From Rhizophagus irregularis (Eukaryota), in NCBI RefSeq assembly GCF_026210795.1, contig NC_089429.1:7750001-7814000 (forward strand): a DNA stretch of 64,000 nucleotides, given 5' to 3'. The notes below the pieces were generated by a model. The model did not search any database, was not told where the DNA came from, and saw only the letters and a list, made by a program, of their open reading frames with translations. The translations under genes and the position numbers were made by a program. Positions 50,681 to 62,010 of this stretch are shown piece after piece (within the stretch, counting starts at the first letter, position 1; each line of letters starts with the position of its first letter).

Positions 50681-51772
50681 TTATTCCCAAAATTTGCGAA
50701 TTAAATCGGGAACATCCTCCTCCAACCGGTCAGCGGGTTCCCAAGTGGCTTCGGTATCTGGGTATCGTTCCCACTTGATTAGATACTGGTCTTGACCCTT
50801 CCTGATGCGATGCCGGAGTATCCGCTCAGGTACAAATCTTTCAGGTTGCCCTCTTATCACGGAATCAGGTGGGGGATATTCATTTTCTGGAACAATCTGC
50901 AACTCTTTTTGGGTGTACGCACATCTGGATACACCTAGTCGCCCGTGTGGTCCATCAAGAAGATATGTAGGAGGTTGTTCGGGTGAGAGTATCATTTTTT
51001 TGATGACACGGATATTGGGATTCCATCTTATGTCTCCTGTACGAAATTTTCCATGAAGTTTATTACCGAGTACTGAGATAGGTTCATCTAACTTTACTCG
51101 GACTCGCATTCCTTCAGAGAGAAGTTCCGTCTTTTTTGACACCTTGGGTGACCCAGTCGGAATGTCTGGAGGATTTCTTTGCCAGATTTCATCTATTTTA
51201 CTAACCACATCATGGAAATCTTCTGACCATTCCACGGATGTCACCCCAGTCTTCAACTCCTGTGCCACCATTCGTTTTAGGAGAGGTTCCTGGATTGCTT
51301 GGATGGCTCGTTCAGCATATGATTGCTGTTTGTGTCTTCCTGGTTCGCCGAACCTCATCATCACCCCTAGGCTGTTCAGGAAAAAATCACGTACCTGATC
51401 ATTGGTGAATTCTGATCCGGAGTCTGTCTCTATTCGATGTGTTGGTGGCTTAATGCGATTTCTTCTGTAGATTTTAACAAATCCATTGAGAACCTTATTT
51501 GCGGTTTTATCCTTTAGGGGCTCTGCATCGACTCGTTTACCCGCGACTTCTACCACTACGAGGAAATAGTGGAATTTTTTGGGGTCGACTGGCATCTCTG
51601 CGAGATCTGCCTGATGCGTCGCATTTGGTTTCCATACAACTACTCGTGGACGCTCTGATGACTTCTCCTTTAGGGGCTTTTTGTATAGGTTGTAGTGCTC
51701 CTCACCTTTTAGAATTCGTGCTGGTACTCCGGAGAAATTGTAGTATTTGTAATAATTCTCTAAATGCGACAT
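50681..51772 (-). CDS. Retroviral-like DDE integrase with C-terminal chromodomain
   Basis: HQADLAEM, IETDSGSEF and AERAIQ form the catalytic triad; chromodomain PERILRHR...YLIKWERYPDTEATWEP; no HHCC motif; ORF intact. Confidence 0.92.
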   Translation of the reverse strand: MSHLENYYKYYNFSGVPARILKGEEHYNLYKKPLKEKSSERPRVVVWKPNATHQADLAEMPVDPKKFHYFLVVVEVAGKRVDAEPLKDKTANKVLNGFVKIYRRNRIKPPTHRIETDSGSEFTNDQVRDFFLNSLGVMMRFGEPGRHKQQSYAERAIQAIQEPLLKRMVAQELKTGVTSVEWSEDFHDVVSKIDEIWQRNPPDIPTGSPKVSKKTELLSEGMRVRVKLDEPISVLGNKLHGKFRTGDIRWNPNIRVIKKMILSPEQPPTYLLDGPHGRLGVSRCAYTQKELQIVPENEYPPPDSVIRGQPERFVPERILRHRIRKGQDQYLIKWERYPDTEATWEPADRLEEDVPDLIRKFWE

Positions 51773-51816
51773 ATTACGACAAATTAAAGGAAAGATTTTG
51801 GACTTCAAATCTTAAG

Positions 51817-52137
51817 ATGACACGATTTTACTGCCTAAAGTGTAAAAAGGAAACCGAAACTGCTAGTGAAATACAAGATATGACCACAAATGGGCGTTAC
51901 CGGCTGCATGGTGATTGCACAGTTTGTGGTATGCATAAGAATACTTTTACTGGGATAGACTGGGTTATCAAAAAGAAAACCAAGGAGAAGAAAAAAGAAA
52001 CTGCGGCTAAAAGACATCAGACGGCGTACAATCGGCAATGCAAAAAACTCGGGCAGAAAATCTTAGATTCTGATGACACGTGTAAGCAGTGTATTGATAA
52101 ATGCCTTAAGGAGGCAAAAAAGAGGAAGACGGATTAG
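51817..52137 (+). CDS. Small basic Zn-ribbon protein (DUF5679-like)
   Basis: MTRFYCLKCKK...NGRYRLHGDCTVCG. Confidence 0.7.
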   Translation: MTRFYCLKCKKETETASEIQDMTTNGRYRLHGDCTVCGMHKNTFTGIDWVIKKKTKEKKKETAAKRHQTAYNRQCKKLGQKILDSDDTCKQCIDKCLKEAKKRKTD

Positions 52138-52146
52138 TACCGCCTT

Positions 52147-52662
52147 CTAAAAGTATTCCTCATCATCTGAGTCATCGAGAGATACCTCTCCATCATCTGA
52201 TTCATCATCCGAGTCGTCAGGAGTGTGACCTTCCTTAAGCAATTGGATGTTGTACGTTATTTGAGTCCATTTCTCCCAGTCGGACCCTTGCGTTATAAAG
52301 CCGCATCTGAGGAGTGCTCTTTCTATTACTACCATCCCTGCAAACCTGGTGTATTTTTTCTGATCGGCTTCATTGAAATTGTCAATGGCTTCCTTGTAGT
52401 AGTCTACTGCCTGTTTGTATACCTCTTCGGCTTCTTTATGCCGCTTCCACAACTCAGCTTTACAACAGTTATACCAGAGTCTGTTAATCTTGAGATGTTT
52501 TCCGAATTCTTTAACCGGAAGGTTTCTGACCATCTCTGCTACTATATCCGGGTCATTGAGGGGTGATGCCCGAATTTGGATCCATTTACGGATTCCATAG
52601 ATGTCTACAAGATCAAGCCCGAGGTCTTCGGCAAGAGAAGTGGCGGCGTGTAAGTTTATCAT
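52147..52662 (-). CDS. Hypothetical helical protein with acidic tail
   Basis: 171-aa ORF starting just inside the right TIR, downstream of the shared upstream motif. Confidence 0.65.
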   Translation of the reverse strand: MINLHAATSLAEDLGLDLVDIYGIRKWIQIRASPLNDPDIVAEMVRNLPVKEFGKHLKINRLWYNCCKAELWKRHKEAEEVYKQAVDYYKEAIDNFNEADQKKYTRFAGMVVIERALLRCGFITQGSDWEKWTQITYNIQLLKEGHTPDDSDDESDDGEVSLDDSDDEEYF

Positions 52663-52672
52663 TGTATGTTAC

Positions 52673-53154
52673 TTATAGTTACCTAATCTTCAATTGCCGA
52701 ATATATTTTTTCCAAGGATCCGTGCTCCTACCCGGTTACTCTCCTGTGGTTCTACAGTCCTTCTAGGGGTTATTAACCTATCTGTTTACTCGATTTGCTA
52801 TCTCACTGCCTCCAATAAGAAAACGAACGGAATCCTGAATCAGTTTCAGATGTTTCAGAAGTTTCAGATCTGGGGGGGTAAAATCAAAACTTTTTCTGGG
52901 AGGGTTGTCCTCGCCTGACTTTTACCAAAATTGCCGAAACATCTGAAACATCGAAACACCCTCTCTGATTCTCTCTTATTTTCCTCTCTTTTCCCTTATT
53001 TTATCCTTTTTTGCTTATATTGTTATGTTTCAGATCTTGTTTCATATTGTTTCAGATATATAGGGATTCCCCGCCCCACGGAGGGGGGATGTAGGTACTG
53101 CGAGGCCCTGGCCGAGGTGGAGGAACGTAGTGACTACACTACCAGCCCGACGAC
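52673..53154 (-). repeat. Right terminal inverted repeat
   Basis: Ends CAGCCCGACGAC, followed by ATAAA. Confidence 0.95.
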
Positions 53155-55771
53155 ATAAAATAGTATATTAAAAATAACATATTAAAAAGATAGCATATTA
53201 AAAATAGTATATTAAAAAGATAGCATATTAAAAAAGTATATTAGAAAGATAGCATATAAAAGATAGTACATAAAAGATAGTACATAAAAGATAACACATA
53301 ACATAAAATATTAGATAAGAAGTAAGAAAAAGAAAGAATAAGAAAGTTTGTTTAAATAGGAGTGGAATGGGAAGTGAGTTCGACAGTCGTCAGTTAGGAT
53401 TTTGAATTTTAAGTAATTAGATTAGTTGTGAATTTTATGAAGATTAAAATATAAATAAAATACTTTTTACACATTAATTAATTATTTTCAACTCTTTTAT
53501 ACTGTTTTCTTATGATGAAAAAGTACGTTAAATAATGAATTCCTTTACCATTTGATATATGAGAAACGCACGAACTTAATAGTTCGGTTAGTCAGAATAT
53601 ACACAATTATATGGATGAAGGGTTCATAAATGTTTGTAAAAATGTTAATTATTAAAAGTTATTTCAAATATACTTATGATTCGCCTAAGTTTTAATTAAT
53701 GTTAAATAAGTATTAAAATGATGAAATGAATATGAATATAAAGAATTAAGGAGTCCCAAATATGACTCGTATTATTTTGAGAAACCTGAGTGTGGTTTAT
53801 TGGGAAGCCCAAGTATGGCTTGTATATTAAGAAAGTCCGAGACCAGTGACTTTAAAGCCCAAATGTGGCTAATGTATATTGAGAAGTCCGTGTGTGACTT
53901 AGAAAATGATGAAAATTAAGTTAAAGATTTAAAACTAAACCAAGCAAGAATATGAATATTTCGCTGAGAGTACATATAACAGAAGCAGGGAACTTTATTT
54001 ACCGCCGGGTGGCAGACGGGGTGACAACGTTCAATTTCTGCATCTGATGGATTTTTGTTAGTTTGGAATAACTTATGACATGCTTCTGTCATTAGAGCCT
54101 ATAAAATAAAGAAATAAATATAATCTCAACTGATAAATATAATAAATTAATACAATAAATTAAAATACTTACGTCCCACACTCCCACCAAATGTGTTTCA
54201 TGTCTTTTCTTTTCAATTGTTGCTTTACCTTTCCCTCTTGTTGTGTTTGCTCAGTATTTAATGGTCCTACTGTAAAATTTGTAAATATCTCTTGAATAAG
54301 TTTACGATTTTCAAAAATTTCACATTTCAATTTCGTGTTACTCTTTTCTATTACTTCGATTGTGGTACGTTGTCTCAACTGTTCTTCAAGTATTTTTTCG
54401 AGAATAGATTGAGTATTTGCATTGGATTTAATATCTAAATCAAAGAAAATTGGTTAGATTTTTTGGCGGCCCTTAGAAACTTTCCTGAAAAATAGTATTC
54501 CAATATCTTATAATTAGAAATTAAAGATTTCATAATGTAACATGATCGTTACTTACATTTAGTTAGTAAATCATTAAATTCATCAAATTTCTTCTGTTTA
54601 ATACTAGATTCAATAGCTTCAGTTACAGAAAAAGATTTATTAGATAAATAATTATAAATATTATAAAGAATCATAAATGATTAAATTCGCTCACTTGTCT
54701 TTTCAGTATATTGAGATGATATTGCTTTTGTACTTGATCCAGATGTTGATGGCATTGAGTCATTTTGAATTGGTACATTTAGTGAAGTTGGTAACTGTTT
54801 CAAATTTATTACAGATCTCTGTTGACGCCTATAAGATAATATTTGATATGGAATATCTTGTTAATCTTCACATTGAATTAAATCAATACAATCAACTTTA
54901 TTCAGATATTCATCATCATCTTGGTATTATTTCTATCAACAATATTAATTTAACGTAATGTAAAAATTATTCAAAGAATATATACCTTTTTTCATTATTT
55001 GCAATTAAAGGTAAAGTTTCATTGACCACTAAATTATCAATCTCGTTATATATTTGAATATTAGGAATTGGCAAATTTTGAGGAATATCACATTTATCAA
55101 CGTTTATATATTCAATTTTTTCAGTTAATGTAGATTTTTCTCATGATGTAGTTTGCTTTTTGGTTTTAGATAAAGGTTGTTTTTCGCTTCTTTCTCTTGA
55201 TCCAACCTATAAATTTAACATATAAATAAATCTATATACATATCTAATATCAACAGTATAAAATAATTGAAATATTACATCTTTTTCAAGCATTTCTCGA
55301 AGAGATATAACAGATTTATTATTTGCATTGGTAATATTTTTCTTCCTTCCGCGCTTTGAAGTCATTATTCGTTATAACTAAAAAAAATTAAAAAAAAGAG
55401 GAAAAGTAATGGAATCGTTGTAAATAAAAAATAAATGATAATTATAACTACAAAATTAAGAGAAGTAAAAAGTAATTGATAACAATGATTTGATTTACTT
55501 TAAATAAAAAAAAATTGATAACAATGATACGTGCATCAGAATATAAATTTATACATTAATAAGAGGATCCCAGAAAATACTTATATATGTAAGGTACCAA
55601 GGTGCTTAGTTAACATAGAAAAATTTTATGATGTAAGAATTTTATAATGCTTAATTTTGAGAAAATTTTATACTATGTAAGATAATTAAATTGCATATTT
55701 TTGGTATTATTTTAAAATACTAAGAGTTTTTAGTTGCTTATTTTTCATATTTATAGAACTTTTTAAAATAT

Positions 55772-56530
55772 TATCCCTTAAACTGTAAGCAATTGCGGGC
55801 AAATTTGCCTGCAATTTTACCAAATTTCAGCTCTCATCTAATTTTATGAAAAATAAAGCAATTTTAATAAAATTTTTTTCCAAGATAGTTTAAATTATAT
55901 ATTGTGCAGCAATTATTATCATTTATTAATTATATATTAGAAAATCGAAAATTACCCATTGGTCAAAAGTTGTATTTTAAGATAATCACAAAATTTTAAA
56001 AAACTTTGCATTTAACTTCGACGATTTCATTGATAATTAATTGTAGCTATATAAAAGCTTAATAGAATATGTAGAATTTGGTATGAGAAACGACTTTTGT
56101 TAATATGATTTTTGATATTTAAAAGTAGGATTTTGACTTTATATAGAATCTTAATGAAAATTTTATTATGCATTTTAATTATATATTCATAACAATTGAT
56201 TTTTTTTATCTCTATTTTGTTTATTATAATGCAAAATTTTTATAATAAAAATAAAAAGTTATAATAAATATTCAAATAGAGAAAAAATATGGTAAGAAAA
56301 GTTTAAATTTTATTATATAAAAATTCTGATACTATTTTTGCGGGTTAATTTCTAATCCAATTTTAATGATCAACTGTATATCTAACTCATACAATTTATG
56401 GCCAGAATGTAGATCAATTTGGTGCAAAATTATGTGACGATCTGGCCAAAATTAAAGAATTTTTTATAGCGTCATTTATTCTAATTTAGAAATTGCAGGC
56501 AAATTTGCCCGCAAAATAGTTTAAGGGATA
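55772..56530. mobile_element. Non-autonomous TIR element
   Basis: TATCCCTTAAACT...TTGCGGGCAAATTTGCCTGCAATT and its inverse at 56490-56530. Confidence 0.7.
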
Positions 56531-56799
56531 TATTGAATTTATAATTAATTTTTATTTTATTTTCACTAACGGTAAGTGTTAATTTTGTACTATTTCACAA
56601 TTTTATATAAATACATAAACAAAAATTTTTTTTTGATGAAATTTCAGTTTTTTTTTCAATATTTTATTAATTATCTTTCAACATGTATAATATAGTAATT
56701 TTATATTAAAAATAATACACTGAGTTTAATAAAAATTAAAAAAATACTATTTATTTTGTTAAATAAAATTACTGTAAATATATTTTACTTTAAAATATA

Positions 56800-57300
56800 A
56801 TTTCACTACTCACCACTTTGGTTATATCAAATTATCTTTTATACTTAAATTGTATTTTAATTCTCATAAGACTAAGTATGATATTTATATAGAAAAGCAT
56901 ATTTTTATAATGGTAATAACTTTTAAATTTTTTACTTTTTTGTCTACAACTTCAGAGCGTAATTACACCACTTCGGTCAAATGAAATCGACTTTCTAAAT
57001 TAATTGAAAGTTGTTCAGCAAGGTCGAAACTACTTATATATTAATTTTCATGAGTGTGGGTATAATACTTATGGAGAAAAGTGCATTTTTCATAATGGTA
57101 CTAACTTCTGAATTTTTCATTTCTCTATTTACAACTTCAGAGCGTAATTACACCACTTTGGCCAAATGAAATCGACTTTCTAAATTAATTGAAAATTGTT
57201 CAGCAAGGTCAAAACTACTTACATATTAATTTTTATGGGTGTAAGTATAATACTTATAGAGAAATTTACATTTTTTGTAATAGTATTAATTTCGAATTTT
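56800..57300. repeat. ~184-bp tandem repeat, about 2.5 units
   Basis: TACAACTTCAGAGCGTAATTACACCACTT.GG.CAAATGAAATCGACTTTC at ~56945 and ~57130. Confidence 0.75.
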
Positions 57301-57403
57301 TCTTTTACTGTTTAAATTGAATATTGTTAATCTACTTGTATATTATGCTTAGTTTAGCTTCACAATGTATTGATCATATTTAAAATTGGATTTAATAAAA
57401 GAA

Positions 57404-57717
57404 TGTAACAGCCTGTTACATATCTTATTTGTAACAACCTTTTTTTATTTTTTTTTTAATAATAAATTTAGTATATGTTTTACAAATAAAATTTTTATAT
57501 GCAAAATTTAATTTGGAAAACTTTTACTTAATGTACTTAAGACAGTTTCATAGACAAAATTTTAAGTTATAAGCAGTTTCTTGAAATTTTTTAAAAAATT
57601 CTTTTGTCTTAGTTACACGACTGATCTTTTGTTTTTGTTTACATTACGCCTGATTTTAAATTTTAATTGGATAAAATTGGGGGTTGTTACAAATAAGACG
57701 CGTAACAGGCTGTTACA
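57404..57717. mobile_element. MITE with TGT...ACA TIRs
   Basis: TGTAACAGCCTGTTAC...TCTTATTTGTAACAACC is inverted at the right end; no clear TSD. Confidence 0.6.
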
Positions 57718-58421
57718 ATTAGATTTATCCTTAATAAAATATATTAAATTAATAAATATATTTTATAATTATATGTGTTATAATAAAAATTTAATTAGGT
57801 TAGAAGATTGATTTGCTTATTTTTATATAATTTTTAAGGTTAAATATCAACAATGCTTAGCGATCATAGTAAAAACCTATGCTTAGAGCTACTAATAAAA
57901 AATATTTTTGGGACCTTACCTATATAAGTATTTTTCGGGGTTCTGATATATTATATAGGGGAATACAGCATGAATACTGTACATAATAAGATATAAGATT
58001 TATAAAGTATCTAGGATACCTGCCATATATAATATCCGGATATATTTAATAAATTTAAAAAGTAAGAAAAATTACTTTTTCAGAAAAAAAGATTCATATA
58101 AATCACATTTATCTATTCCCCCTATTTTTATGTAATACATAAATTCTTTAAAATAATAAACACATATTTTTTTCTGTCTTTTATTTGTGATGTAAATTTA
58201 TTTTAAAGTAAAAATAGTTGTTATTAGAAACAGAAAAAATTCAAAAACACGTAATCGCTTACCATAAAAGAAAAGAAGTTTAATAAGCATATCAATATTC
58301 AGGAGAATATAACTTATAAGACTTATAAGGATATTATTAACAATAGTAGTATTAATAATACTATATATATTGTACATAATATTTTTTTTTATACTTCTCT
58401 TAAAATAAATATGAACATAAA

Positions 58422-59800
58422 ATGCTTTCTTGTCCATATGAACATTGTGAGAAAACTTTTTCAAAACGTGCTGCTCTTCATGAACATACAAAATCACATA
58501 AAGGCCAAGCATACTGGAAAATATTAAATAATATTTCAGACATTTCTAATTCTACTCATGTTAAAAATGTAGAAACTGTAAGTTTCTTACTATTCCTTTT
58601 TTATATATCATATGTATTGTACGACCAATTAATGTAATTTTTTTAAAAAAGAAAATTAATATCGAAGATGATGATACCGTAATAAACATAAATGAATGTG
58701 ATCGTGAAGATGATGGAAGTGAAACAGCGATGAAAATAAGGAAAGTAATAATTTAGAAGAAAGTGATAAAGAAAGTGATAATTGTGATATAGAAAGTGAA
58801 GAAAATAATGAAAACAATTTTGAAGAAAGCAATGGACGTGAAAGTGACATAAATGAAACTATCGAGGCTGAAGAAGAAAATATTGAGAATATTCCTAATT
58901 TTATTTTATATAATCCTGAATCAAATCAAACAACAGTAATTGATATAAGACCTGTTAGTGTAAATTGTAATACATTGCAGTTCCCTGATACAGCTTATGC
59001 TGAATTTATGGAACTTGTATCAACACATCATTTATCTAATTCAGCTGGGAATTCTGTATTGAAATGGTTTTGCAAACATTATCTTCAAAATAATGAATTT
59101 AGAGCTCCAAACAGATCAGCCAAATTCAGGTAACCTGACCTGACCTGACCTGAAATTCAGGTCAGGTATGAGATTTTTAAAAAAAATTCAGGTCAGGTAT
59201 GAAGATTGACCTGACCTGATTGACCTGTTGACCTGAAACTATTGATTCTACTATATAATAAAAGTGAGTTGCAGTATTGCGATTCACTTTTTTATATAGA
59301 TTCTATATAAAAATGTTGAATTGCAATATTTTAAGAAAAAACGTTGTGAAAACGTTTTTTTATAATATTATATTAAAAAAATGTTTCGTAACATTTTTTT
59401 TTTTGATATTTCAATAATAACGTTGCGAAAATATTTTTTTCATAATGTTATATTAAAAAAAACGTTTTGCAATATTTTTTTTCAATATTTTAATAAAAAA
59501 CGTTGTGAAAACGTTTTTTTTCATAATATTATATTAAAAAAAAAAAGTTTTGTACCGTTTTTTTTCAATACTTTAATAAAAATAGTCCTGAAATTTTTCA
59601 GATTTCAGGTCAGGTCAGGTCAAACAGACAACCTGATATAACCTGATTTGACCTGACCTGAAAAAAAATTTCAGGTCAGGTTTATCAATTAACCTGACCT
59701 GATCTGACCCATTCAGAGCTCTAGAAATAAATGATGTTATTTTGCCAACAAATGTAAAATAAGGTCGTGATTTTATTAATTCTATGAACATTGAACATTT
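58422..59800 (+). pseudogene. C2H2 Zn-finger-led gene remnant (possibly Plavaka-like transposase) interrupted by a hAT element
   Basis: CPYEHCEKTFSKRAALHEHTKSH; GT donor near 58578; acidic exon; FPDTAYAEFMELV...HLSNSAGNSVLKWF. Confidence 0.5.
59100..59723. mobile_element. Second, shorter copy of the hAT element at 26224-27151
   Basis: TAGAGCTC termini and the same ACCTG arrays and body; fewer internal 50-bp repeats; no clean TSD. Confidence 0.85.
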
Positions 59801-60167
59801 TATAGTGGATTCAATCTATGAAAATATGATGTAACATCAATAGATAATCCAAAATTTTTTTTCTTTTGTAAAAATTTTTGTCGAATAATATTTATTTTGA
59901 TTATTATAGAAAGATCATCTGTAACTTAAAATATCGAGAGCCACTTCCTTTACATAAATAATTATCAGCCCAATTTTGTTTACCAAAAATTCTAATGTAA
60001 AATCATAAGATATAAACTTATATTGAACATTTTTCTATAGATTCACATGCAATAAATAGACTTAAGAAGGTTGCTGCCATTAGCCCATCACTTATAGTAG
60101 CCATCAAGCTGAAAAGATCTTACTTTTATAAATTAAGGATATTAATAAAAGGCAATTTCTATTTGTA

Positions 60168-60391
60168 TACGAGGTGTTTAAACACAGGTCATATTAGTAG
60201 ATTAAAAACAGCATTCAAAACCTCCTTTAATGCCTTAAGTAAACTTGCAGAGCAGGTGAAAATACATATATTTATCTGTAATATAATAAGTAAAAGAGTA
60301 TAATGTCAGTAGCATTCAATTTCAAATTAAAAAACAAAAAATTAGTCTATTAAAAATTATATTTATATGACCTGTGTACAAACACCCCGTG
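60168..60391. mobile_element. Mariner-like MITE
   Basis: TA|TACGAGGTGTTT..ACACAGGTCATAT ... ATATGACCTGTGT..AAACACCCCGTG|TA. Confidence 0.65.
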
Positions 60392-61259
60392 TAAACTTAG
60401 AAATTTTCTTAATAAAAATAAGAAGAAAGGTCAAATTCGAAGTTTGAATCTACCTACTTAGTTTAGCAGATGAGACACTATTCGAAACTCTAGAATTTTG
60501 ATCATTTTAACTCCGCTCAGAATACATGGTTATTGTATCATAGTTAATAGTTTATTGTTAGGAACTTCTTGACTTAAAAGGCTGAAAAACCTTTATGTTG
60601 GGTTATTTTTTAAAAACTTTTGCATGAATTTTTTTATATTGATTTCTTTCGTATTGATTGTATTGATTTTCACGTTGATTTTTTTGTGAACTTTTACGTC
60701 TCTAAAAAAAACCCTATACAAAAGAATACTTTATTGCAAAGCTTGAATCAATTTAGGATTTTTATCATTCTTTATGCATAGAATTTATAAAAAGTGAGTC
60801 TATTGCTCTATGGTCTTTAGATTTCCAATAAGCATATAACATTCTTCCTTCTATGAAGATTCTTTGACATGTTTAGTGAATGTTATCCCATGTTCACTGA
60901 AATACACCCCATTATTGATTTCATCTTTTTAAGGAAAGTTTACATCTTATACAGTTATATTCCAATCATTTGTATTTTTGGTGAATGGTGATTATTCCAA
61001 TACTTATATACTAACACTGAAAAAGCTAAACTTTTAGATTCTATTTTTAATTAATAGAAACGCTAATAAAAAACTCCTTTCCCGATATTACCCTCCAAAA
61101 ATATGTTAATGGTGGTCTGATCTGCATCAATGCAAAATTGAGATCGATAATTTTGATGTAGTTCAGGTGCCAATAGTCCCAAATTATTTGACTACCATTC
61201 AGGCTTGAATTGACCAATATTTAACATTAAAACTTTAAGCTGAATTATAGTTAATAACA

Positions 61260-62010
61260 ATCTTTTTTTTCTGAAAGCTGGAAAAGTAAATTATATGAAA
61301 TCAATTGTAAATTATCTTGCATTATTAGCAAAATATCCCAAACTTCATAAACTTTTAGAATTTGCATCATCAATTAATCCAACTCATGAAGAGTATTTTT
61401 ATGCATTTGATGAAGCATTGGAAACTTCTAGTGTCAAATACATAAAGTTTATAATATTGACAGAAAGGAAAAGGATGGATTTACTTTTTGGAGAATTTAT
61501 AGGTGATCGAGTAGTTGATGGAAGATATGAATTATTTTGGGGTCTTGTTAATTCTTTATTAACTGCATTTGATTTACCAAATCCAACAAGTCTTCCTTTA
61601 TTTCAAAATTGCAAGGAATTGACAGAGAATGGTTATGCTAAACTTTTTTCATGTTATAGCAAAGGAGAAGAAAGACTTGTGCAAATTTATAGGCAAGAAG
61701 TATTGAAAATTGATCCCATTAATACAAAAGGAAGAAGGGCTAGTTGCAACCAAAACAAAAAATATAAAAATTGCTGAACGTACATCTAAAAAATATCCTC
61801 CTCAATCTGAGGCAGGACTACCACAAGATTTAAGAAATCACGGCATGTAATAACTGATGAAGAAAAGTGTATTTTGACACCTTATCTTAAATCCAAATCC
61901 CAGCGATGAAGAACTTGATGCACTTCTAAAGCTATCAGCAGATTATTGGACAAAAAGGAAAGTTAAAGCCGCATGGAGATATGTACAAAAAAAAAGGACA
62001 AACCCCCAGT
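61260..62010 (+). pseudogene. Degenerate repeat-associated coding remnant
   Basis: 160-aa ORF with protein-like composition (YFYAFDEALET) and frameshifted continuations; family not recognised. Confidence 0.4.

Larger units (their letters stand above)
33423..53154. mobile_element. Maverick/Polinton-like self-synthesizing element, 19.7 kb (~15 kb without the nested LINE)
   Basis: ~481-bp TIRs, ATAAA TSD, PolB, DDE integrase, A32-like ATPase and SF3 helicase. Compact intronless genes with higher GC than the flanks. Confidence 0.92.
32856..54026 (-). mobile_element. Solo LTR (~1.43 kb net) interrupted by the Maverick-like element
   Basis: TGT...ACA termini; ACGT TSD at 32852-32855 and 54027-54030; the same AAAAGATAGCATAT-like low-complexity tract on both sides of the Maverick; no internal pol. 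Confidence 0.7.
32030..55365 (-). pseudogene. Intron-containing gene split by the solo LTR and Maverick insertions
   Basis: Begins MTSKRGRKK near 55365. The reading frame is continuous across the ACGT insertion site (...PSDAEIER|VFKLQIQTDYPEKMRELS...); GT-AG introns; degenerate. Confidence 0.6.
55563..57945. mobile_element. Degenerate TIR element (boundaries approximate)
   Basis: AAAATACTTATATA.GTAAGGT.CCA is inverted at ~57909-57935. Confidence 0.5.

Noticed and set aside
47764..51772. An inserted Gypsy retrotransposon (gag-pro-int)
   Set aside because: The integrase is on the opposite strand and lacks HHCC, and there is no RT, RNase H, LTR or TSD around the cassette.
51499..51816. N-terminal extension of the 212-aa ORF
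   Set aside because: It overlaps the integrase antisense; the plausible start is the ATG at 51817.
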